Counted from the stretch's first letter, positions 1 through 7,490 are shown. The stretch is 12,816 nt of DNA from Candidatus Thorarchaeota archaeon (GCA_048882505.1 JBHLRO010000041.1:1-12816); one strand, 5' to 3'. Notes: generated by a model not told the origin, from the sequence alone. A program made the numbers and translations.

Positions 1-1
1 G

Positions 2-1102
2 GGATTCTCAGTGGTATATGGGGAATCGTCTCGAAATATGTCATTGAATGTGCAAAGGAAACGGCTCAAACACCTTGTACAAACGATCCCGAACACCAAC
101 CTGATCACGGTCGTTGGCGGTCCCCAGGCTACAGGGGATCCAGGAAGCTTTTTAGAAATGGGAGTCGATTTCGTGGTGGTGGGTGAGGGAGAGATTACAT
201 TTCCTTTATTAGTAAAATCCTTGATCAAAAACGACTTCCGACGGGAAGCCGTACAAGATATTCCTGGCATTAGTTATCGGAACGGAACCGGAGACACCCG
301 ACGTACAAAAATGCCCGATCGGGTCAACCTTGATGATTATCCGTGCTATTCTGATAATGCAAATTTTCCTTTACATCCACCTATAGAACTTATGCGTGGA
401 TGTGCATTTCGCTGTAAGTTTTGCCAGGTTCCGTATATGTACGGAAATCCGAGGTTTCGGAGTATCCAAAATGTGGTCAAGATAGTAAGGCATTATTCGG
501 ATAACTTTCAGTTTAAAGATAGCGTAGATATCCGCTTTATCGCTCCGAATTCGCTAGGTTATATGGAAAAAAGAAGAGGCCAAGCCAATTACCTTGCATT
601 GAAAGAACTAATCCACCAAATTGGGCAATTTGATATCCGTTTATTTCTGGGTACCTTTCCATCGGAAGTACGACCTGAGTATATAACAGAAGAGACCATA
701 GGATTATTTGAAGATGTAGCGAACGATCACGTCTCAGTAGGAATCCAAAGCGGATCGGCCCGGATTTTATCATACATGCGTCGAGGACATAATGTGAATG
801 TTGCATGGAAAGCACATGATTTGATAACCAATCACGGTATCACTCCTGTTTTTGACTTTATATTGGGAAATCCAACTGAAACAGAAGACGAACAATGGGA
901 AACGATAGATCTAATACGGGATTTAGGTAAGAAAGCCCAGGTTCGGCTGCACCACTTCATGCCCTTGCCGTGGACTCCATGGAAAAATGCCGTTCCTTCT
1001 CCTGTATATGATTCAATCCAAATTGAAATAGGACGGCTAGCTCGGGACAAAATCATTTCTGGAGATTTTACAAAACAGTCTCAATATGCTGAAGATGTCT
1101 AG
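2..1102 (+). CDS. B12-binding domain/radical SAM protein (MJ1487-like, TIGR04013-type), 5'-truncated by the window edge
   Basis: Cobalamin-binding-domain signature GGPQATGDP...VVVGEGE, then ELMRGCAFRCKFC (CxxxCxxC), IRFIAPN, PSEVRPE, GIQSGS and HFMPLPWTP. The frame is open back to base 2 (GGA TTC TCA GTG), so the GTG at 11 is probably not the true start. Confidence 0.88.
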   Translation, partial: GFSVVYGESSRNMSLNVQRKRLKHLVQTIPNTNLITVVGGPQATGDPGSFLEMGVDFVVVGEGEITFPLLVKSLIKNDFRREAVQDIPGISYRNGTGDTRRTKMPDRVNLDDYPCYSDNANFPLHPPIELMRGCAFRCKFCQVPYMYGNPRFRSIQNVVKIVRHYSDNFQFKDSVDIRFIAPNSLGYMEKRRGQANYLALKELIHQIGQFDIRLFLGTFPSEVRPEYITEETIGLFEDVANDHVSVGIQSGSARILSYMRRGHNVNVAWKAHDLITNHGITPVFDFILGNPTETEDEQWETIDLIRDLGKKAQVRLHHFMPLPWTPWKNAVPSPVYDSIQIEIGRLARDKIISGDFTKQSQYAEDV

Positions 1103-2352
1103 AAATAATCTCTAAAATACGTTGTTTGTTTTGGAAAAATCTTCCCGAGACGTTCTAGCGCTTCCTGTGACCCCTTGATAGCTCCTGCTTCTGCAAGCTC
1201 CTGAGGCGAACGAAATCCAACAACAACTTGGCTTAACTCTTTTACACCCAGTAAGAGTTTTTCATCAGAGGGAGTAGTAGTTATAATACCTCGACCGTTC
1301 TCTATCTGAACTGTCAACGTTTTATTCTGCCACGAACAGTGAGGGTCTTTGAGTTCCAGTGTAACACTCGTTGATACCTCTTCAGGATATTTCAATAATG
1401 GAACTAGGCTTTCTATATTTATAATTCGAAGCATGGAATTAGCTATTAGGTAATTTTCTTTCATTCGTGGGGTTTTGAGGAAGGGAAGGTAGTTTTGGTC
1501 ATAGGGAGCGATTTTGATATATTCACGCTGAGAATCATGATCAGCCAGGAAGTTTAACAAGGCTTGCTTTGTTTCTGAATCAAAATAAACAATCTCCCGC
1601 ACTTCTAAAAAACTAAACGGGTTAAATGGGCTTTTTCGTTCAAAACGTGTAATAATATACCCAAGATCGTTTCCCTCGAGATCTTGACAGATAAACTGAA
1701 AACCACCGTTGGTCCAGTTCCATCCATACAACTTTTCCCAAACGTAAGGTGGTCTTTCAACCAAGCCCTCTAATTTCTCTGAAAGTTTACGATAGAGGGG
1801 CTGACAACGTTTGAAATTTGGATCAAAATCTTCGGTTATCATTCGGTTGGGCGTGGGTCGCTTAATAATCTCCGTCGTCTTGATAGTATGTGTTAAGATT
1901 TCATCAGCCTGTCCATATCCAAGCTTTTCATAAAAAGCAAACGTAAACGGGTATAATACGGAGACAAGGAATTCTTGCTGATTGAGTTGAACGAAAGCAT
2001 TCAGAAAAAGCCGAGTCATGTAGGATTTACGGCGGTATTCTGGTCTACAGGCGACGGCAGTAATGCCTGCCATTTTTACCCAGGTACCTCTAATGCGCTG
2101 ATTGAATTCGATGACACCTAATGTGGCGATAATATCCCCATTCTCATCCTCAAGCAGATAATCCACTATCTGATAGGGCAGTTCAAGGTCCCGTTTTTCT
2201 TCGGGATCACCATATCGATTTCTGTGCCCTTCAAACGCATAAATTAAAATATTTCGTACCGTGGTTTTATCATCTGGCGACGCTTCACGAAAGTTAACTT
2301 TGGTGACCATAGGAGAACCCGTTAAAGTCCATTTCATCTTTTTTTGATCCAT
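1099..2352 (-). CDS. Eis-like GNAT family N-acetyltransferase with a C-terminal SCP2-like domain
   Basis: Acetyl-CoA-binding segment GITAVACRPEYRRKS, LYPF...FYEKLGYG, about 410 aa, ending in an aromatic residue (..RDYF) as Eis proteins do. The true start may be the ATG at 2310 (MVTKVNFR). Confidence 0.85.
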   Translation of the reverse strand: MDQKKMKWTLTGSPMVTKVNFREASPDDKTTVRNILIYAFEGHRNRYGDPEEKRDLELPYQIVDYLLEDENGDIIATLGVIEFNQRIRGTWVKMAGITAVACRPEYRRKSYMTRLFLNAFVQLNQQEFLVSVLYPFTFAFYEKLGYGQADEILTHTIKTTEIIKRPTPNRMITEDFDPNFKRCQPLYRKLSEKLEGLVERPPYVWEKLYGWNWTNGGFQFICQDLEGNDLGYIITRFERKSPFNPFSFLEVREIVYFDSETKQALLNFLADHDSQREYIKIAPYDQNYLPFLKTPRMKENYLIANSMLRIINIESLVPLLKYPEEVSTSVTLELKDPHCSWQNKTLTVQIENGRGIITTTPSDEKLLLGVKELSQVVVGFRSPQELAEAGAIKGSQEALERLGKIFPKQTTYFRDYF

Positions 2353-2477
2353 TCCATGTTGAGGTAAAGTTTTTTTTCAGAGAATTTGAAAGGGGGGGAT
2401 ACAATGCTATGGGAGAGTCGTTTTTTTTAGTAAGAATCAAGTTTGTTTATCTTTAGGATCAACCAAGTGAGCTCGTT

Positions 2478-2777
2478 ATGTCAAAAAGAAGACGCGAAAA
2501 GCAAAAACAAGGAGCTTCGTGTGTCAATCATCCTAGTAGATACGAAACCATGGAGTGTGAAAGATGTCATCAAAACTTCTGCTCTGAATGCGTGGTTGAA
2601 GATTGGCATGAGACCTTTTTCCAACAATTCATTGGCGAAAAGCGTAAGATGGTTAAACAAGTATATTGTATACCCTGCAGACAACGGATCCTCCGCATCC
2701 GCGTGATTGCATCTATTGGATTGCTAACCATCTTGCTACTACCTTTGGTGCTTTGGTTTATCGCTGCCGTTCTTTGA
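2478..2777 (+). CDS. Small B-box-like zinc-finger protein with a C-terminal transmembrane (tail) anchor
   Basis: Eight spaced ligands: C15-x2-H18, C27-x2-C30, C35-x2-C38, C64-x2-C67. Basic N-terminus (KRRREKQK). The last ~24 aa are hydrophobic. GTGAG lies upstream of the ATG. Confidence 0.8.
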   Translation: MSKRRREKQKQGASCVNHPSRYETMECERCHQNFCSECVVEDWHETFFQQFIGEKRKMVKQVYCIPCRQRILRIRVIASIGLLTILLLPLVLWFIAAVL

Positions 2778-2780
2778 GGA

Positions 2781-4478
2781 ATGTGGAGTCGGGTGTCAAC
2801 GCTCGGTCTAAAAGATTACCAAGAGAACCGGGGAGTGGATGGAGTCTATGACAAAAGAAATACCTTAAATAATCTAACGGGTAAACAGTGGCTTTTTTCA
2901 ACAAAAACAGTAATTCCTAAGGCATATTCCAGCGAACGAAGGCAAGGAAATATCGAATTCAAATCTCCTCTCCTTCCTGAAGCATTTTGTCAAGAAATCA
3001 TAGAAACCTTCTCCAAACCCGGAGAAACAGTCCTGGATCCTTCTCCTGGATTGGGAACTACAATGCTAGGAATCCACCTTGCCAATTCAGGTGAGAGCGG
3101 TCCAAACAGAAAATACATAGGCATTCAATCTGATGACGATCTGATCAAGGAAAATCTTTCTCTGCTCAGACAAAGAAACGAATTGTCAGGAGAATTGATG
3201 AGAGAAACCATGGACAGTTTGGCTAATCTTCCGCAAAATTCTGTCGATCTTATATTCTCAGACATTCCTATTGTAAGCAACACCTCTTTATTAGATCCCG
3301 ATCGGGCTCAATTATCTCCCTCTGTTCATTCTGAGGCAAAAGTGCAACTCGTTCATGAACTGTTAGCCTTTTTCTGTCCCGTTATACTGGAAGCAGTAAA
3401 AAAACTGAAGATCAATCGCTATCTCGTCCTAACTCTTCCTGAAACCATTGAATCGGGATACCCCGCCTTGAATTTTACCCTATCCTCTCTTTTCGTTCAT
3501 AATTTCCAGCTAGTTGGACTACCTTTGAAGGCAGAAAGAATTTGGTTTATTCCAGAACCGCAGAAGGGATTTGAGGAGTTTATAACGATTTCACGACGAA
3601 TCCTTGTATTTAGAAACGAAGAAGGATTTTTGTACAGGCCCAAGCAATTCCCTGCCCTTTTTAATGGCCAAATCCCAATAGGACGGACTGAGATTATTCA
3701 TAAGGCATATCCTCCCTCGTTTAACCATAAACTTCGAAGTCAACATGGCGGAATGAAACCTCCCGAACTATGTCAATTACTCATCGAAAGATATTCTGAT
3801 CATCGTAACGATCTCGTGTTGGATCCGTTTGTTGGTGTAGGAGGAACGCTCTTAGGTGCAAGTCTTTCAGGACGGAAGGCTATTGGAATTGATATTAACG
3901 CACAATGGAGAGAGATTTATCATCAGGTAACACATGAATCGGGGTTCCCTGAACAGGAGTTCATTGTTGGAGACTCACGTGCAGGAATTCCCGACGTTAT
4001 TTCAGATGGTTCAGCTGGTCTCATATTAACAGATGTACCATATTGGGCTATGGATAAATTGAAAAAAACTCGTGGTCGTTATTCGCGTGCAGGAGAAGAA
4101 TCAAAGGGAAAACTACATTCATCGCTAAAAAGGTTTAACCAAGCGGACACAATTTCGCTAGGAGAGTGGAAATCATTACTCAACGATGTATTCACACTTT
4201 GTTACCCGAAGTTGGCCCCCAACAAATATTGCGTGGTATTTATAGGGAATATGTACCGAACCATTATTGAAGAACGAGCGGGGAAGGCAAGAAAAATTGG
4301 CAAATATCTTATGCTTTCTTCAATATTGGCTCGGATCCTTTTAGAAATAGGATATCAGTTCGAAAGAGAGATCATTTGGTATTCCCCCGATAAATCCCTT
4401 CACGTTTTTGGATACCCTTATTCTTATATCCCTAGTATTGTGCATCAAAGCATCCTTGTATTCAATAAGGGGAAGTAA
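2781..4478 (+). CDS. Tandem two-domain N6-adenine/N4-cytosine-type (amino) methyltransferase; N-terminal copy degenerate
   Basis: Copy 2 has VLDPFVGVGGT (motif I, 3822-3842), IGIDIN, GDS and LILTDVPY (motif IV variant, 4032-4043). Copy 1 has VLDPSPGLGTT (3036-3056) and LIFSDIPI (3261-3272). N-terminal NTLNNLTGKQW segment. Alternative start: GTG at 2793. Confidence 0.82.
   Translation: MWSRVSTLGLKDYQENRGVDGVYDKRNTLNNLTGKQWLFSTKTVIPKAYSSERRQGNIEFKSPLLPEAFCQEIIETFSKPGETVLDPSPGLGTTMLGIHLANSGESGPNRKYIGIQSDDDLIKENLSLLRQRNELSGELMRETMDSLANLPQNSVDLIFSDIPIVSNTSLLDPDRAQLSPSVHSEAKVQLVHELLAFFCPVILEAVKKLKINRYLVLTLPETIESGYPALNFTLSSLFVHNFQLVGLPLKAERIWFIPEPQKGFEEFITISRRILVFRNEEGFLYRPKQFPALFNGQIPIGRTEIIHKAYPPSFNHKLRSQHGGMKPPELCQLLIERYSDHRNDLVLDPFVGVGGTLLGASLSGRKAIGIDINAQWREIYHQVTHESGFPEQEFIVGDSRAGIPDVISDGSAGLILTDVPYWAMDKLKKTRGRYSRAGEESKGKLHSSLKRFNQADTISLGEWKSLLNDVFTLCYPKLAPNKYCVVFIGNMYRTIIEERAGKARKIGKYLMLSSILARILLEIGYQFEREIIWYSPDKSLHVFGYPYSYIPSIVHQSILVFNKGK
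2898..4475 (+). repeat. Internal protein-level duplication in the methyltransferase (about aa 40-280 and aa 300-565)
   Basis: Paired segments: IPKAYS/IHKAYP, LPEAFCQEIIETFS/PPELCQLLIERYS, INRYLVL/PNKYCVV, ERIWF/REIIWY, RILVFRN/SILVFNK. The DNA 10-mer TAAGGCATAT is retained at 2918-2927 and 3701-3710. Confidence 0.85.
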
Positions 4479-4488
4479 ACGACCTATT

Positions 4489-4510
4489 AAACTGGCTTTA
4501 GAAGCGGTTT
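4489..4510. terminator. Weak hairpin between the convergent methyltransferase and ClC genes
   Basis: AAACT(G)GCTT-TAG-AAGC-GGTTT folds as an imperfect stem in the 51-bp convergent gap. Confidence 0.25.
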
Positions 4511-4529
4511 AGCCTCGGCCTTTGTTAAT

Positions 4530-6356
4530 TCATTCTAGCATTCCATAAGAAAGGATATGATCATCTGCTGTTTGTAGAGCAACTGATGCCTTTTCCATAA
4601 GATAAGCTTTTGTGATGTCGTGATGAGTAATCCAACCGACCAATTTTGGAAATTCCTGACCTGAAACTTTCTCTACAATTGGTAGCCGAGAAACATCTTT
4701 TGATTCCATTATATGGATCGCGTGCATCAAGGATGCCTTTCTATCCACACAATAGAGAGGCTTTCGCTTTTTTATCAATATATCAAATACATTCCAATCT
4801 TTTGGAGAACTATGTAATGCATTTTGAACATCACTTAATGTAATAACTCCAATCAGTTTTTCTTGCTCAATAACCGGAAAACCTTCATGACCAGTGGTTC
4901 TAACAAGGTCTATCACTGCTTCCAGTCGAGTTTTGGTATCGACTACTACCAATTCCTCTCTAGGAGTCATGGCTTGTTCAATGGAGACGGTTTCTAAAAC
5001 ATCGGTGCGATTTTCACTTAGGACTACTCCTCTTCGGATGAGCTTCAAAGTGTAAATATTCTCTTTTTCAAGAAGTAATGAAATCACCCAGCTTATTGAA
5101 ACCACAACCATCAAAGGAATAGTTAGAAAATAATCTTCGGTCATTTCTGCGGTCATAATAACCGCAGTCAACGGAGCACGACCTGTTCCTGCAAAAAAAG
5201 CGGCCATTCCTAGTACTGCGAGTAGGGCGATGGGAACGTTTGCAATTATAATGATATCATCAACGACTATCCCGAACGCCGCACCTAACATTACACCTAA
5301 AAAGAGGGTAGGCGCAAAAACACCCCCTGAACCCCCCGTACCCACAGTAAACACCGTAGCAAGTATTTTTAAGGTAAATAATAGGATCAGAATAATGAGT
5401 ACTAATGATGCCGGTTCTTGAAACAGTGTTCCTTGAAAAACCGCCTCCATTGGAAGATAAGTTAAGCCCATCGTGGTGAATAATTGCCATTGTTCACCAA
5501 CAAAGAAATAGGTTGCAATTAAGATTAGCCCGACAAAGAGTCCTCCTAGAGCGGGTTGCACGATTTCAGGTACTGCAAGTTTCCCAGATATGTATTCAAA
5601 GATGTCTTCAAATTTATAGAAGAATTTAATCCATAAGGCTGAGCCAATTCCACAAATTAGACCTAAAATTACAAATAAAGGGATTAAATAGGGTTCATGA
5701 TATGCTAATGGAGGAAACCCAATGAAAGCTGGCTCGGTTCCTATTAAAAATTGGCCTGTCACTACCCCAACTACACCAGCTAAAACAATTGGGATCAGTA
5801 ATCCCGTCGCGCTTTCACCCATTAAGATTTCAAGAGCAAATAATGTTCCACCAATAGGCGCATTGAATGTTGAAGCAATTCCAGCAGCCACTCCTGAAAT
5901 TACCAAAGTTCGCAGTTCACGTGGAGAAAGGTTTAATTTTTGTCCTAACAAGGAAGCAAAGCCAGCGCCTATTTGTGCAATCGGTCCTTCTCTTCCTGCC
6001 GATCCACCTGTACCAATAGTTGTGGCAGAGGCAATGATCTTGATGAACGGAACCCTCAAACTCATACGACCGTTATGTAAAGCAACAGATTCCAAAACCT
6101 CAGGTACCCCATGTCCTTTGGTTTCTTTTGAAACACGAGACGTAAGAAAACCGACACAAAGGCCCCCAATAATTGGGGCAAGTAGAAAAGGTAACCAGCT
6201 AATGTTAGAAAAACCGAATGAATTTAAGATTTCCATAGGAACAGTGAAAAAGAGCCAAAAAATAAAAGCAATCGCCAAACGAAAGATCCAAGACCCAATT
6301 CCGCCGACTATTCCTACGAGTATAGCAAGCAGATTTAATCTTACAATGGATGGCAA
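4530..6356 (-). CDS. ClC family chloride channel/Cl-:H+ antiporter with C-terminal CBS pair
   Basis: GHGVPE (6116-6099), GREGP (5996-5982), FNAPIGG..FALE, GGSGGVFAP, GRAPLTAVIMTAEMT and IYT. CBS repeats follow (HEGFPV, VSRLPIV, GWITHHDI). TTG start; the exact start is uncertain. Confidence 0.95.
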   Translation of the reverse strand: MPSIVRLNLLAILVGIVGGIGSWIFRLAIAFIFWLFFTVPMEILNSFGFSNISWLPFLLAPIIGGLCVGFLTSRVSKETKGHGVPEVLESVALHNGRMSLRVPFIKIIASATTIGTGGSAGREGPIAQIGAGFASLLGQKLNLSPRELRTLVISGVAAGIASTFNAPIGGTLFALEILMGESATGLLIPIVLAGVVGVVTGQFLIGTEPAFIGFPPLAYHEPYLIPLFVILGLICGIGSALWIKFFYKFEDIFEYISGKLAVPEIVQPALGGLFVGLILIATYFFVGEQWQLFTTMGLTYLPMEAVFQGTLFQEPASLVLIILILLFTLKILATVFTVGTGGSGGVFAPTLFLGVMLGAAFGIVVDDIIIIANVPIALLAVLGMAAFFAGTGRAPLTAVIMTAEMTEDYFLTIPLMVVVSISWVISLLLEKENIYTLKLIRRGVVLSENRTDVLETVSIEQAMTPREELVVVDTKTRLEAVIDLVRTTGHEGFPVIEQEKLIGVITLSDVQNALHSSPKDWNVFDILIKKRKPLYCVDRKASLMHAIHIMESKDVSRLPIVEKVSGQEFPKLVGWITHHDITKAYLMEKASVALQTADDHILSYGMLE

Positions 6357-6370
6357 TTTTTCGTTTGTTT

Positions 6371-6393
6371 TCGATAAAAAGGATTTTATTCGA
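6371..6393. promoter_or_regulatory. Inverted repeat just upstream of the ClC start (operator or leader hairpin candidate)
   Basis: TCGATAAAA-AGGA-TTTTAT(T)CGA: 9 pairs with one bulge, 14 nt from the TTG. Confidence 0.35.
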
Positions 6394-6444
6394 CTTATTA
6401 GAGTACTCTGATTCTTGAATTGATTGAAACTCGTTTTTTTCGTA

Positions 6445-6518
6445 TTGCGGATCCTCCGAAAGAACGTTTGGGATTAGAGAGGCGATAGAGTGTTAATTCT
6501 TTCCGAGACACTCCGCAA
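6445..6518. other. Long imperfect inverted repeat with an alternative internal stem
   Basis: TTGCGGA (6445-51) pairs with TCCGCAA (6512-18), CTC (6454-56) with GAG (6505-07), and GAAAGAA (6458-64) with TTCTTTC (6497-6503). A competing stem pairs GAGTGT (6488-93) with ACACTC (6508-13). Confidence 0.5.
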
Positions 6519-6542
6519 AAGGCAGGGCTTTATATTGCCTTT
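6518..6542 (-). promoter_or_regulatory. TATA-like element flanked by a 7-bp inverted repeat, upstream of ClC
   Basis: The minus strand reads AAAGGCA-ATATAAAGCCC-TGCCTTT. The arms (6518-24 and 6536-42) flank an AATATAAAG box. Confidence 0.4.
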
Positions 6543-6573
6543 CAGAAGTGCCTTGATGATTACAGCTAATTTC

Positions 6574-6590
6574 AAAAGGAAGGGAAAAGA
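6574..6590 (-). terminator. Pyrimidine/U-rich tract downstream of the 3-hydroxyacyl-CoA dehydrogenase gene
   Basis: TCTTTTCCCTTCCTTTT begins 6 nt after the TAG. Oligo-U tracts are typical archaeal terminators. Confidence 0.4.
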
Positions 6591-6596
6591 ACCAGC

Positions 6597-7490
6597 CTAA
6601 TGGAATGAACGGGCTTTAGGTGGATTTTGGGAGTAATCATAGAATCCGATTCCTGATTTCCGCCCGAAGTGGCCGGCCCTAACCATTTTACGCAGTAGAG
6701 ATGGTACGCGATACTTTGAATCTTGGAATTCAGAGTAGAGATAATCTCCAATAAACAATGTTGTGTCAAGACCCACAAAATCCAACAACGTAAATGGCCC
6801 CATAGGATGATTCAATCCAAGCGTTATAGCTTTATCCATATCTTCCACAGTAGTGACGCCTTCTTGCAAGGCAGTGACAGCTTCTAGGAAAAAGGGAAGC
6901 AATAAACGGTTAACGGCAAATCCAGGGGCTTCATTAACCAGAACTGTTTCCTTTCCGAGTTTTTTTGAAAGTTCATCAATAAACAGATACGTTTCCTCGG
7001 AAGTCTCATATCCTTTGATTATTTCAACCAAGCGCATTACAGGGACAGGATTGAAAAAATGCATACCAATGAACTTGTCTGGGCGCTTTGTAGCTGCCGC
7101 CATGTCAGTGATGCTGATTGATGATGTATTGGAAGCGAAAACAACTTCAGGCTTACAGATCGCATCAATCTCAGCAAAAACTTTACGTTTAAGGTCACGA
7201 TTTTCAATTATTGCTTCGATAATTACATCTGCATCCTTTAATGCTTCATTTAGATCCACTACTCCGTTGATCCGCTGAAGAACTGCATCCATTTCATCTT
7301 GGGTTATTTTTCCCTTTTTAACGCCTCGAGTCAGATTTTTCTTAATCATATTGAGGCCATTCTCCACAAATTTATCCTCGATGTCTCGCATAGCAACCTG
7401 AAACCCAGCTTGGGCGCATGCCTGAGCTATTCCATTCCCCATTAATCCTGCACCAAGGATGCAGATTTTTTTTACATCTTTCACTCTCAT
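6597..7490 (-). CDS. hbd: 3-hydroxybutyryl-CoA / 3-hydroxyacyl-CoA dehydrogenase
   Basis: Rossmann motif GAGLMGNGIAQ, EAIIENRDLK, SNTSS, catalytic GMHFFNPVP, PGFAVNRLL, HPMGPF and GRKSGIGFYDY; 297 aa. Confidence 0.95.
   Translation of the reverse strand: MRVKDVKKICILGAGLMGNGIAQACAQAGFQVAMRDIEDKFVENGLNMIKKNLTRGVKKGKITQDEMDAVLQRINGVVDLNEALKDADVIIEAIIENRDLKRKVFAEIDAICKPEVVFASNTSSISITDMAAATKRPDKFIGMHFFNPVPVMRLVEIIKGYETSEETYLFIDELSKKLGKETVLVNEAPGFAVNRLLLPFFLEAVTALQEGVTTVEDMDKAITLGLNHPMGPFTLLDFVGLDTTLFIGDYLYSEFQDSKYRVPSLLRKMVRAGHFGRKSGIGFYDYSQNPPKARSFH

Noticed and set aside
2775-2777. Selenocysteine recoding of the TGA
   Set aside because: Not in a Cys/redox-equivalent position, directly after a TM helix, and no recognisable SECIS.
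2781-4478. Complete restriction-modification or other defence system
   Set aside because: No endonuclease, specificity subunit, ATPase or other defence gene is adjacent within the window.
5722-6411. 229-aa plus-strand ORF
   Set aside because: Antisense shadow of the ClC gene. Its P/T/A/I-rich composition is what the reverse of Gly/Ile/Val-rich TM codons produces, and it has no motifs.
6475-6520. Possible fluoride (crcB) riboswitch upstream of ClC, prompted by GGCGATAGAG
   Set aside because: It is on the wrong strand for the ClC mRNA, lacks the TTCGCC pairing and the downstream TGATG/TAATG-AC elements, and the ClC lacks the fluoride-type signature.
6553-6656. Box C/D sRNA (TGATGA ... CTGA)
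   Set aside because: Box C is imperfect, the spacing is too long, there is no terminal stem, and it overlaps hbd antisense.
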